From contig SLQR01000023.1 of NCBI GenBank assembly GCA_007131405.1, positions 1 through 59,472 on the forward strand: a DNA stretch of 59,472 nt, in the 5' to 3' direction. How positions within the stretch are numbered: the stretch's first letter is position 1; the number at the start of each line of letters is the position of its first letter. The notes below the pieces were generated by a model. That model made no database searches. It saw only the letters and a program-made list of their open reading frames with translations, and was not told the origin of the DNA. Positions 36,427 to 45,675 of the stretch are shown here, piece by piece. The DNA is from Candidatus Izemoplasma sp. Lineage in GTDB: Bacteria; Bacillota_I; Bacilli_A; Izemoplasmatales; Izemoplasmataceae. Both the position numbers and the translations under genes were made by a program.

Positions 36427-36903
36427 TTACTTCACGTCTAAAATAACTACGTTAATCTCTTTATTCGCTTCGGTTTTAAAGGTTACTGTGTCACCTTTTT
36501 TTCGACCAATAACGGCTTTGCCAACCGGCGATTCATTTGAAATTTTGGCATTCAGAGGGTCGGCTTCAAGCGTTCCAACAATGGTATACATTTTCGGTTC
36601 GTTGCCATTGATTTGAAGCTTTACGCGCTTCCCTATGTTGATTTTGCCTTTTCGGTTATCTTCTCTAATAATTTCAGCGTGTTTTACAATGTTTTCAAGT
36701 TCTTTTATGCGTTTTTCAATGCGCGCCTGATCTTCACGCGCTGCATCGTAATCCGCATTTTCACTTAAGTCCCCTTGGGCACGCGCATCTTTGAGTGCTT
36801 CAAGGTTCTTTTCACGTTCAACGGTTTTGAGTTGTTCGAGTTCGCTTTTAATATCAATTAAGCCTTGTTTCGTCAGCTTATATGTTTTGCTGTTGTTTTC
36901 CAT
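36427..36903 (-). CDS. greA: transcription elongation factor GreA
   Basis: GDLSENADYDAAREDQ motif. 158 aa. Confidence 0.95.
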   Translation of the reverse strand: MENNSKTYKLTKQGLIDIKSELEQLKTVEREKNLEALKDARAQGDLSENADYDAAREDQARIEKRIKELENIVKHAEIIREDNRKGKINIGKRVKLQINGNEPKMYTIVGTLEADPLNAKISNESPVGKAVIGRKKGDTVTFKTEANKEINVVILDVK

Positions 36904-36937
36904 TTTAATTCCTCCATTAATGCCAATATCAATTGGT

Positions 36938-36966
36938 ATTTTACCACGTTTTTCCCAAGCTTACAA
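36938..36966 (-). promoter_or_regulatory. sigma-A promoter TTGTAA-17-TAAAAT for greA
   Basis: Minus-strand TTGTAA (36966-36961), 17-nt spacer, TAAAAT (36943-36938). Confidence 0.6.
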
Positions 36967-36972
36967 CTAAAA

Positions 36973-38166
36973 TCATGCGTTTGCCTTACGCAACATATCA
37001 TAAGGTTTTAGCGGGATTGGGATTTTTAATTTTAATTGTTGTTTCGGATGTCTTGCGACATCAAGACTTTCCCCAGTCTCTGCGTCAATAAATGCTTCAA
37101 CACGAAAACTGATGGGTTCAAAGTTTGGACTAAATACTTCAATCAAATCGCCTTTTTCAAAATAATTGCGTTGTTCGACAAGCGCTGTTTGGTTCGTCAT
37201 GTCGTAATCGAGCACAAACCCGACAAAGGCTTGAGTTGGTTGCTCACTACGTAAGTTATACAGTTGTTCATTGACCGTCGTCATGCCTTCCATAAACCCG
37301 TGACTGGTTAGACGATTTTCAGCTTTTTTAATTTCAAGTACGTATTTTGGTAAATCAATCGTGAGATCTTCACACAATTCATCAATCAGTTTGCGATAGG
37401 TTTTAACGACTGTGGCAATGTAATGAACACTTTTCATGCGTCCTTCAATTTTTAAACTTTCGACGCCAATATCCACTAACCGTGATATTTGTTTTACAGC
37501 TTGTAAATCCTTTGAACTCATTGAAAAGGGCATCGATACATTCAGTTGTTCACCATTATCAAATAAATCATAATTCCAACGGCACGAATGCGCACAGCCT
37601 CCGCGATTTGCGTCACGGTCAGTCATGTTGTTTGAAAGAGTGCATTTCCCTGAGTACGACACACACATCCCACCGTGAATAAACACTTCTAAATCAAGAT
37701 TGCTTTGCGCTTTGACTTGATGAATCTCATCGAGGTCAAGTTCTCGCGCTAAGACAATGCGTTTAACCCCGCGCTTTTCCCAAAAACGAATCGCTTCTGA
37801 ATTGGTAATCGATTGCTGTGTCGAAAGATGAATTTCTAAGTTCGTGTGGCGGCGTGCAGCATCAATGATGCTCGTCGATGCACAAATAATAGCATCCACC
37901 CCAATGGCTTCTAATGCTTTTAGATACTCAATAAGGCCATCTAAATCTTCGCTATGGGGGATAATGTTTGTAGTGACATAGACTTTCTTTTTGAGTGGGT
38001 GCGCAAAATTAACCGCTTCTTCAATTTCTTTTAACCCGAAATTTGAAGCGCGCGCCCTAAGTGAAAATTGCTTCCCACCAATAAATACAGCATCCGCACC
38101 ATACATAAACGCAATCTTCAACTTTTCAAGATTGCCTGCTGGCGCTAGAAGTTCTGGTTTATTCAT
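36973..38166 (-). CDS. peptidase U32 family protein (YrrO-like; tRNA/rRNA hydroxylation type)
   Basis: MNKPELLAPAGNLEKLKIAFMYGADAVFIGG, and a Cys-rich segment GGMCVSYSGKCTLSN...GGCAHSCR typical of U32. Synteny with yrrM-yrrN-yrrO. Confidence 0.88.
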   Translation of the reverse strand: MNKPELLAPAGNLEKLKIAFMYGADAVFIGGKQFSLRARASNFGLKEIEEAVNFAHPLKKKVYVTTNIIPHSEDLDGLIEYLKALEAIGVDAIICASTSIIDAARRHTNLEIHLSTQQSITNSEAIRFWEKRGVKRIVLARELDLDEIHQVKAQSNLDLEVFIHGGMCVSYSGKCTLSNNMTDRDANRGGCAHSCRWNYDLFDNGEQLNVSMPFSMSSKDLQAVKQISRLVDIGVESLKIEGRMKSVHYIATVVKTYRKLIDELCEDLTIDLPKYVLEIKKAENRLTSHGFMEGMTTVNEQLYNLRSEQPTQAFVGFVLDYDMTNQTALVEQRNYFEKGDLIEVFSPNFEPISFRVEAFIDAETGESLDVARHPKQQLKLKIPIPLKPYDMLRKANA

Positions 38167-39035
38167 GACTTAACCCCCTTATTCAGTCCGGTTTTTTTAA
38201 AGTAAAAGCCATCATCGTAATCTTTGTAGCCTTCAACCGCTTCACCACGTAACGCTTGCTCATAATCATTAATCATGCTTAAGACATGCACATCGTCAAA
38301 AAAGAGTCCATCAATAATCAACGTATCAATCCACACTTTAAGCTTATCAAGAACCTTGAAACTAGCTAGTGGTTTGGCACGGAAAATGTGTGTCCCAAAC
38401 GCATCTTGATAAATAGGGTACGCTTCATTGCGTTGTTCTTCAACCAATGTGAGTGAGCGTTTGTCTTTTACATCGTCTGGATTTTGATCGTTCGTGTGCT
38501 TAAAGAAATTTTCAACGAGTGGACGTCGTGAGTGAAACATATTTAAGTACCCATGACCCACGATGCTTAGCGGTAAACTTTGCGTTTTTGCCATCGCTTC
38601 AATGTCATTAAGTGTCATTTCACGTCCAACAATAAGCGATTGAATGCCTTCGTCGTTCCAAAAACGCACATCGTGATCACTCGTTGTATACGTTTCTGGG
38701 TAATAGATGAGTTTGTCTTTAAGGCCAACCGCATCCGCAAAATTAAACACGGCAAGGTCCGCAAACAAAAGTCCATCGATGTTCAATGTTGAAAGCGTCT
38801 CAATTGCCCTTTTGGCTTCATCAAGTTGGGGTTCATGAAGCAAGGCGTTGACATTTACCCAAATGGATTTCCCTGCTTGATGGATTTGATCAATTACACC
38901 CGGCAAGGCATCTAAATCAACCGGATGCTTCATGCGGTGAGCCAGTGGTGCCAAACCCACAATAAAAATAGACGTTCCTGACTGAAGGAGCGGTTTTATG
39001 TTCTTTTTGTCTTGCCAAGTTACTGCTATCTTCAT
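38163..39035 (-). CDS. peptidase U32 family protein (YrrN-like)
   Basis: 290 aa, a U32-like TIM-barrel half without the Cys cluster. 4-nt overlap with the downstream U32 gene. Synteny. Confidence 0.85.
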   Translation of the reverse strand: MKIAVTWQDKKNIKPLLQSGTSIFIVGLAPLAHRMKHPVDLDALPGVIDQIHQAGKSIWVNVNALLHEPQLDEAKRAIETLSTLNIDGLLFADLAVFNFADAVGLKDKLIYYPETYTTSDHDVRFWNDEGIQSLIVGREMTLNDIEAMAKTQSLPLSIVGHGYLNMFHSRRPLVENFFKHTNDQNPDDVKDKRSLTLVEEQRNEAYPIYQDAFGTHIFRAKPLASFKVLDKLKVWIDTLIIDGLFFDDVHVLSMINDYEQALRGEAVEGYKDYDDGFYFKKTGLNKGVKS

Positions 39036-39038
39036 ACG

Positions 39039-39662
39039 TCACCTCTTCTTGATGCTTAAACTCATGCCATCGCCAACTTCATAAATCATCGTGTCGTAAT
39101 CATCACGTTCTAAAATGTAGCGATTAAACTGGTCAATTTTATCAAGCAACTGATTTAAATTGCGTGATGCTTGTTTTTGACCAACCATCCCATGGAATAA
39201 GAGATTATCTGTGACAATGATCCCTTTGCTTTTTACATGGTGTTCGTATTTTTCAAAAAATTTAATCGATTGTGCTTTCGCCCCATCAATAAAAACCAAG
39301 TCAAACAGACTTTTTTCCGGTAACTCAATCGCTAATGCATCGCCTTCAATTAACGTAATCTGATGGGCTCGGTCATGCGCTGAAAAATGTTTTTTCGCGG
39401 CTTCAATCATGTGTGGATCACGTTCAATGGTTGTGATTTTTACCTGCTCATTCACCCTTGCCATCGCAAGCGCGCTGTAGCCGATTGCTGTGCCGACTTC
39501 TAAGACGTGTTTTACATCTTTTAAACGGATGAGCTGCTGTAAAAAACGCAACCCTTCATCGGTGATGATGGGCACATCGTGTTTAACCGCATACGCCTTT
39601 AAGGCATCAAGGTATGCTGGATGCCTTAAACGACGTAGTGAGGTTACATAATTATTCTTCAT
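39039..39662 (-). CDS. trmR: SAM-dependent O-methyltransferase (YrrM/TrmR-like tRNA 5-hydroxyuridine methyltransferase)
   Basis: ATG 39662 (MKNNYVTSLRRL). The longer track ORF would overlap the DUF1292 gene by 100 nt. LEVGTAIGYSALAMA and FIDGAKAQ motifs of class I O-MTases. Confidence 0.85.
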   Translation of the reverse strand: MKNNYVTSLRRLRHPAYLDALKAYAVKHDVPIITDEGLRFLQQLIRLKDVKHVLEVGTAIGYSALAMARVNEQVKITTIERDPHMIEAAKKHFSAHDRAHQITLIEGDALAIELPEKSLFDLVFIDGAKAQSIKFFEKYEHHVKSKGIIVTDNLLFHGMVGQKQASRNLNQLLDKIDQFNRYILERDDYDTMIYEVGDGMSLSIKKR

Positions 39663-39909
39663 TCTCGTCGAGATACTTCTCGATTTTCGCTTCGATTTCG
39701 TCCCATTCTTCATCGCTTTCAACTGGCAATAAGTTCCCGCCTTCATCGTCATCTGGGTTGTAAATTGATGCGAAGACTTCTTCTGAGTCGCCTGGTTCTT
39801 TAAAGATTACATACGACTTCTTTGTTTTTTCCGATGTAAACGTGAATAAAATCTCGTAATCATACTCATTTCCATGTTCATCTTCGACTCTTAATGTGCG
39901 TTCATCCAT
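39652..39909 (-). CDS. DUF1292 (YrzB/UPF0473) family protein
   Basis: 85 aa, acidic. DEHGNEYDYEILFTF...SYVIF. Synteny between ruvX and trmR. Confidence 0.8.
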   Translation of the reverse strand: MDERTLRVEDEHGNEYDYEILFTFTSEKTKKSYVIFKEPGDSEEVFASIYNPDDDEGGNLLPVESDEEWDEIEAKIEKYLDENEE

Positions 39910-39920
39910 AAGGAATCCTC

Positions 39921-40337
39921 CTATTTTTTGCTGTCCAGATAGCTTTGCAGAATAACCACAGCAGCTTGCTGGTCCAGTGTATTTTTGCGTCTCTTTGTTT
40001 TTAATTTATTGGATATCATTTGTTGTGAGGCAATGCGACTACTTAAACGTTCGTCCCAAAGAACAACTTCAACCGATGCGGTACTTTCAAGCATGGCTTT
40101 AAACGCCAAACTGATTTCACCTTGCGGGCCAACACTTCCGTTCATGTTCTTCGGTAAACCTAAAACAACGGTTTCGATGCGTTCTTGCTTAATCCACTCA
40201 AGTGTCTTATTAATTGCGGCTTCATAATCGCCATCCGAAAAACGGTAGTTCTCAACCCCACGCGCAAGCAACCTATGTGGGTCACTGACCGCAACGCCGA
40301 GACTCTTTGTGCCTAAATCAAGTCCCAATACTTTCAT
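39921..40337 (-). CDS. ruvX: Holliday-junction-resolvase-like pre-16S rRNA nuclease YqgF/RuvX
   Basis: MKVLGLDLGTKSLGVAVSD, VVLGLPKNMNGS, DERLSS. 4-nt overlap with alaS. Confidence 0.92.
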   Translation of the reverse strand: MKVLGLDLGTKSLGVAVSDPHRLLARGVENYRFSDGDYEAAINKTLEWIKQERIETVVLGLPKNMNGSVGPQGEISLAFKAMLESTASVEVVLWDERLSSRIASQQMISNKLKTKRRKNTLDQQAAVVILQSYLDSKK

Positions 40338-42955
40338 TGGACTTGACCTTTTACGTAATCAAGAATTGCGTCAACTTTCGTGGTATCACGTGCGCCAGCT
40401 TGGGCAAAGTCTGGACGACCGCCACCGCCACCGCCAGCAATTTTAGCCGCTGCTTTTACTAAGTTTCCAGCGTGTAAGTCAATGGTTGATTTTGCCACAA
40501 GCAAGACTTTCCCGTCATCGACGTTCGCAATGAAGACGAGTCCCTTGCCTAAATGGTCCATTAGGCGGTCAACTAAGGTTTTGACGGTTTTCGCGTCAAT
40601 CCCTTCTGTCTTTATAATAACATGTCCGTTTTCAGCTTGCTCGATATATTGCTTTAAATCGTCAAGTGATGCTTTCTCTCGTGCATCTGCATACGCTCTT
40701 TCAAGTGCTTTAACGCGACGTTGTAAATCGCTAAAATACTGTCGCTTATTGATGACATCTTGGTATGAACCAAGTTGTTTAATTGGCTCAGGCAATTTAA
40801 ACGTCAAGTCGATTTGCTCCTCGCTTGCCTGTTTTAAAATCGACTCAGCTTTTCTTCTTAAGGTTTCAATGCTTTCTTCAAGTCCGCTCATGTGGGTATC
40901 AATCGAGAAGACTTGATCTTTAGCTAAGGCGGTTATACGGTACACACCAGATCCTTTTGATTCTAAACTTGCAATCGCGAATCGTTCGATTTCACTGGTA
41001 TTGTTTACATGGGTTCCTCCACACAAATCAAGGGTTTCTCCCATATCAATCATACGCACTTCATCATCGTATTTCTCGCCAAATTCAGCGACTGCGCCAC
41101 GCGCTTTAGCCTGTTCAACACTCGTCATTTCAGTATCAACATCGTAAGCTTTTTTAATCTTATCGTTTACACGTCGCTCAATGTCAAGCAAGGTATGATC
41201 GTCTAAAAGCTCAAAATGATTAAAGTCAAACCGTAAGTATTCTGGCCCAACTAAACTGCCTTGTTGACCTACGTGTGACCCAAGCATTTCACGCAAGGTT
41301 TGGAAAAGCAAATGCGTCACAGAGTGATGCGCCATGGTCGAATGCCTTGCAGTTTCATCGACACGCATCGTTACCGTATCGCCTTCTTTGATGTCGTTGG
41401 TTTCAACCGCATGCAAGAACTGATTATTCGGTAATTTCTCCACATCAATAACTTCATATGACTGACCATCTTTGATGATGACACCAATATCTGAGACTTG
41501 TCCACCACTCTCAGCGTAAAATGGTGTTTCACGCACGACAATGCCTTCTTTAAAGACTTTAATGACTTCGGTTTGTTTGGTTAAGGTATCATAACCAACA
41601 AAGTAAGACGGCTCTTTAAAGCTTAAATAGGCTTCGTTTTGGTCTTTCATTGTGCGCATGACTTTACGCGCACTGCGGGCACGGTCTTTTTGCGCTTGCA
41701 TCTCTAAATTAAAGCCTCTTTTATCGACGCGAATCCCTTTTTGTTGCGCGTATTCTTCTGTTAGTTCAATGGGGAACCCATACGTGTCGTACAGTTTAAA
41801 CGCGTCTTCTCCTTTTATGGTCGCTGTTTCATTTTTAATTAAGTCTTCAAGCATTTTTTCGCCTTGAGATAAAGTCTCTAAAAAATTGAGTTCTTCTTTT
41901 TCGATGACTTGTTTCGTGAATTTTTCGGTTTTGCGTAAGTTCGGATAGCTTTCTTCCATCATCGTCACCACTGTCCCAACCAATTCTTTTAAGAATGGCT
42001 TTTCAATGCCAAGTTGACGTCCGTGTTTGACTGCGCGACGAAGTAAGCGTCTTAAGACATACCCACGTCCATCATTCGATAAGGTTGCGCCGTCACTAAC
42101 CGCAAACGTAACACTACGCAAGTGATCCGCAATCACTTTAAACGATAACTCGCCCGCGTAAGGCTTTTTCGCTAAGCGACTGATGTGTTTAATCAGTGGG
42201 TAAACCAAATCCGTTTCGAAATTGGTTTCGGTGTTTTGCGAAATACACGCCATGCGTTCAAGCCCCATGCCCGTATCAATGTTCTTGTTTGGAAGTTCTG
42301 GGTACGCTTCACGCTGCATATTTGGTTTCGCGTTGTATTGTGAAAAGACAATGTTCCACACTTCAATATAACGATCATTTTCGATATCCTCACGAATTAA
42401 TGATAAATCGCCGTCTCCAAAAGCACTGCCTCGGTCATAAAAAATCTCCGTACACGGTCCACACGGTCCAGACCCAATTTCCCAAAAATTATGTTTGCTT
42501 TCGATGATGTGGTCTTCTGGAATACCGAGTTTCTTCCATGCCTCTTTTGTTTCTTGATCGGTTGGATACACGGTAAAATAAAGACGTTTTGGATCCATCG
42601 CGTAATACTTTTTATCGGTTAACAGCTCATAACCCCAAGGAATGATTTCATCACGAAAATAATCCCCTATACTAAAGTTTCCAAGCATTTCAAAAAACGT
42701 ATGGTGACGCGCAGTATGCCCGACGTTTTCAATGTCGTTGGTTCGGATGCATTTTTGCGCGTTCGCAATCCGTGGGTTTTCGGGTATTTTTGATCCGTCG
42801 AAATAGCCTTTCAAAGGCGCTACACCCGCATTAATCCAAAGTAATGATGGGTCATTAATTGGGATCAAGCTTGCGCTTTCTTCGACTTTGTGGTCTTTGC
42901 TTTCAAAAAAGTCAAGCCACATCTTTCGTATTTCATGTCCAGTTAGTTGTTTCAT
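40334..42955 (-). CDS. alaS: alanine--tRNA ligase
   Basis: 873 aa. FFEMLGNFSIGDYF, editing-domain HHSVTHLL and CGGTHV, C-terminal GGGGGRPDFAQAG. Confidence 0.97.
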   Translation of the reverse strand: MKQLTGHEIRKMWLDFFESKDHKVEESASLIPINDPSLLWINAGVAPLKGYFDGSKIPENPRIANAQKCIRTNDIENVGHTARHHTFFEMLGNFSIGDYFRDEIIPWGYELLTDKKYYAMDPKRLYFTVYPTDQETKEAWKKLGIPEDHIIESKHNFWEIGSGPCGPCTEIFYDRGSAFGDGDLSLIREDIENDRYIEVWNIVFSQYNAKPNMQREAYPELPNKNIDTGMGLERMACISQNTETNFETDLVYPLIKHISRLAKKPYAGELSFKVIADHLRSVTFAVSDGATLSNDGRGYVLRRLLRRAVKHGRQLGIEKPFLKELVGTVVTMMEESYPNLRKTEKFTKQVIEKEELNFLETLSQGEKMLEDLIKNETATIKGEDAFKLYDTYGFPIELTEEYAQQKGIRVDKRGFNLEMQAQKDRARSARKVMRTMKDQNEAYLSFKEPSYFVGYDTLTKQTEVIKVFKEGIVVRETPFYAESGGQVSDIGVIIKDGQSYEVIDVEKLPNNQFLHAVETNDIKEGDTVTMRVDETARHSTMAHHSVTHLLFQTLREMLGSHVGQQGSLVGPEYLRFDFNHFELLDDHTLLDIERRVNDKIKKAYDVDTEMTSVEQAKARGAVAEFGEKYDDEVRMIDMGETLDLCGGTHVNNTSEIERFAIASLESKGSGVYRITALAKDQVFSIDTHMSGLEESIETLRRKAESILKQASEEQIDLTFKLPEPIKQLGSYQDVINKRQYFSDLQRRVKALERAYADAREKASLDDLKQYIEQAENGHVIIKTEGIDAKTVKTLVDRLMDHLGKGLVFIANVDDGKVLLVAKSTIDLHAGNLVKAAAKIAGGGGGGRPDFAQAGARDTTKVDAILDYVKGQVQ

Positions 42956-42973
42956 GTTATCCTCTCCAATCGA

Positions 42974-43188
42974 ATAAAAATCGCCCTTAAAAAATAAATT
43001 TTAAGGACGAAAAAATTCCGCGGTACCACCTTGATTCTAGAAACTAGCACTCTACACGATAACGCTGTGAGGGCGGATGCTGTTTACAGCATCTCTCCGA
43101 AGTAGCTTCAAATGAATGAATGGTTTGTTTCCACCAACCACAAACTCTCTAAATCATCTATTCATTTTACTCATCTTCATCATCAATC
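42974..43188 (-). promoter_or_regulatory. T-box riboswitch leader, alanine specifier (GCU), controlling alaS
   Basis: Minus-strand reading has stem I with AGAGAG and a specifier loop GAA-GCU-A (GCT at 43106-43104). The T-box sequence is AATCAAGGTGGTACCGCG (43036-43019). The terminator is CGTCCTTAAAA...TTTTAAGGGCG plus ATTTTTATT (42974-43009). Confidence 0.88.
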
Positions 43189-43194
43189 GTGAAT

Positions 43195-43223
43195 ATTATA
43201 TAAAACTATTGGATAAATTGCAA
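43195..43223 (-). promoter_or_regulatory. sigma-A promoter TTGCAA-17-TATAAT for the alaS T-box leader
   Basis: Minus-strand TTGCAA (43223-43218), 17-nt spacer, TATAAT (43200-43195). Confidence 0.75.
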
Positions 43224-43232
43224 TGTTTTTAC

Positions 43233-45605
43233 CTACTCTTCATCCATGAAATCATACGGGGTTCGCCCGTTCAGTTCTTCCCCTAAAGTTCCAAAAGGAA
43301 TACTTTGATCGTAAATCACATGATTGTTAGGTACGTCCTCAACAGCCTTTTCACGTTTTAGCGGTAAAGGCTCAGCTACGCGCTTTTTCTTGATAGGCTG
43401 AAGCGTATCTTGTAAGCGAGATTTAAGCAATGTGTGACGTGATTCTTCTAAGTTTCTTACCGCATAGTTTAACTTGTCAATATGACCAAACACAACCAAA
43501 CGCGCTTTCGCACGGGTGATCGCTGTGTAAATCAGTTTACGTTTTAGCATAATTGAGTAACTTGAAAAGAGCGGCAAGATCACAACCGGGTATTCACTCC
43601 CTTGTGATTTATGAATACTCATGGCATAAGCATGCGTTAAATTTCCTAAATCTTTGGTTTTATACATCACTTTTTGGTCAAGAAATTCGACGACCATGGA
43701 TCCGCTTTCTTCGTCTATTTCAAGTACTTTTCCTTGATCACCATTCATCACATTGTCTTCGATTTGGTTCGTAAGTTGAAGCACTTTATCGTCAACTTTA
43801 AACGTCCTCGAGCCATGGGTAATGGTGTGGTCTTCTTGGGCATTATAGGTTTGTTGTAAAAAATTATTGGTTTCATGGATGCCAACGGATCCACGATACA
43901 TGGGAATAAGAATTTGGATATCGTCTTGTAAGGTGTAGCCTTCTTTTACCATGTAATCCACAATGCTTTTAAGCCGTGGTTGAAAGTGTGCGGTGTGTTC
44001 ACTAAAGATAAAACGGTCAGGGTAATTATCAAACACATCCTCAGGCAATTGACCGTTACGAATATGTTGGGCAAGGTCAATAATGCGTGAGTTCTCGGCT
44101 TGTCGATGAATCACTTCAAGTGTCACACTTGGTAAGGTGTGTGAATCAAGTAAGTCTTTGAGCACTTGACCAGGGCCGACACTAGGAAGTTGCGCGTCAT
44201 CGCCAACAAGCACTAAATTCGCATAATCAGGTAAGCTTTGAAAGAGTTGTGACGCTAAAAATACATCAATCATTGATGATTCATCAACGATAAAGAGATT
44301 CCCTTCAAGCGGGTTGTATTTGTTGTGTTGAAATGTCCCATCAAAACTGTACCCTAAAAAGCGGTGGATTGTGGTGGCGTAATACCCAGTCGATTCTTGC
44401 ATGCGCTTAGCCGCACGACCGGTTGGCGCAATCAAATGGATCAGTGACGATTCATTTTGACTCGGCTTATTTAATCCGTGATAGTGATAATAAACCTCAA
44501 TCAAGCCTTTAATGACCGTTGTTTTCCCTGTCCCGGGTCCCCCTGTTAAAATCATTGTTTGGTGTGTTAGTGCCGCTAAAATAGCTTGTTTTTGTAAACG
44601 TGTGTATTTAATTTTTTCTGTTTGTTCAAACGCTTCAATGAGACGATAAACTTTTTGTTCATCAATCGTTTGCGTGGTTTGAGTAAGATGGCTTAATTTA
44701 TCAACAATATCCAGTTCAGCCTGATCAACGCGTTTGAGCGATAATTGATTATGGGTATCGGTGAAGACACCGCGTTCAATTAAGGTGTTGAGTTCTTGAT
44801 GAATGGTCGCTTCATCAACTGCCTCTAAATCTTTGTTTAAGCGCTCAATAGCGCGTTGAACAAAGACATCCTTTTCTATATAGGTGTGTCCTTGTTGTAA
44901 GACCTCATCATGAAACACGTGAACAACTAACGCGTTTATGCGGTAAGGGTGATCTTCATTAAATCCCAGTTTTCGTGCCACCACATCAGCACGGTCAAAC
45001 CCAATCCCTTCAACATCGGAAATCATTCGGTAAGGATTAGCTTCTAACTTTGTGATGGTTTCTTCTTTATAGACATTCATGATACGCATTGCCATTTTTG
45101 ACGATATGCCATACCCATAAAGTTTGATTAAGGTTTGTTCGCTTGCTTTATGGGTAATTAAGCCTTCACTTAATGCTTTTTTTTGAGCTTCGCTTAGTTT
45201 GGGCACTTCATCCAGTGCATCAGGTTCTTTAATAATCTTATTAATGGCATCTTCACCCAGTGTCTCAACAACGCGTTCAGCGGTTTTCTGACCAACACCC
45301 GGGAATAAATCACTGGCCAAATAATCAATTAATCCTTCTATGTTTATGTATTCTGTTTTTTCATAACTTTTTGCGCTAAATTGCTCTCCGTAACGTTCGT
45401 GGAAGGTGACATCACCAAAAAACCGATATTCCTCACCCTTCGTGGGTTTAGGAAAATATCCGGTCACGGTAAATGAATCGTCAATGGAATCGTCAAAAAG
45501 ACCGCGCTTAATGTTTGTGTCGGTCACGTGTATTTTCACAATCGCATACCCATTGTCTTCGTTGTAAAAGGTTAGATTGCGTATGACACCTTGTATATAC
45601 TCCAT
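43233..45605 (-). CDS. recD2: ATP-dependent RecD-like DNA helicase (RecD2/YrrC)
   Basis: ATG 45605 (the track GTG at 45614 lies in the GAGGTGA SD). HhH region, Walker A LTGGPGTGKTT, FIVDESSMID, SIHKSQGSEYPVVI, YTAITRAK. Confidence 0.92.
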   Translation of the reverse strand: MEYIQGVIRNLTFYNEDNGYAIVKIHVTDTNIKRGLFDDSIDDSFTVTGYFPKPTKGEEYRFFGDVTFHERYGEQFSAKSYEKTEYINIEGLIDYLASDLFPGVGQKTAERVVETLGEDAINKIIKEPDALDEVPKLSEAQKKALSEGLITHKASEQTLIKLYGYGISSKMAMRIMNVYKEETITKLEANPYRMISDVEGIGFDRADVVARKLGFNEDHPYRINALVVHVFHDEVLQQGHTYIEKDVFVQRAIERLNKDLEAVDEATIHQELNTLIERGVFTDTHNQLSLKRVDQAELDIVDKLSHLTQTTQTIDEQKVYRLIEAFEQTEKIKYTRLQKQAILAALTHQTMILTGGPGTGKTTVIKGLIEVYYHYHGLNKPSQNESSLIHLIAPTGRAAKRMQESTGYYATTIHRFLGYSFDGTFQHNKYNPLEGNLFIVDESSMIDVFLASQLFQSLPDYANLVLVGDDAQLPSVGPGQVLKDLLDSHTLPSVTLEVIHRQAENSRIIDLAQHIRNGQLPEDVFDNYPDRFIFSEHTAHFQPRLKSIVDYMVKEGYTLQDDIQILIPMYRGSVGIHETNNFLQQTYNAQEDHTITHGSRTFKVDDKVLQLTNQIEDNVMNGDQGKVLEIDEESGSMVVEFLDQKVMYKTKDLGNLTHAYAMSIHKSQGSEYPVVILPLFSSYSIMLKRKLIYTAITRAKARLVVFGHIDKLNYAVRNLEESRHTLLKSRLQDTLQPIKKKRVAEPLPLKREKAVEDVPNNHVIYDQSIPFGTLGEELNGRTPYDFMDEE

Positions 45606-45642
45606 GTCGGTCACCTCGCCTACTATTATAGCATAATCCCAT

Positions 45643-45675
45643 AAAAAACGGCTTGAAATTCAAGCCGTTTTTTTT
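45643..45675. terminator. bidirectional-looking rho-independent terminator after the 5'-nucleotidase gene
   Basis: AAAAAACGGCTTGAA-A-TTCAAGCCGTTTTTTTT. An extended -10 TGCTATAAT for recD2 (minus strand, 45633-45625) follows. Confidence 0.8.

Noticed and set aside
39663-39752. N-terminal extension of the trmR ORF
   Set aside because: It would overlap the DUF1292 gene by 100 nt. The internal ATG at 39662 gives a normal-length O-methyltransferase.
40380-40916. 178-aa plus-strand ORF, plus further ones at 41009-41206, 41652-41867 and 42196-42507
   Set aside because: All lie entirely antisense within alaS. The sequence is low-complexity and S/A/P-rich, there is no SD or promoter, and alaS has unambiguous motifs on the other strand. 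These are typical shadow ORFs.
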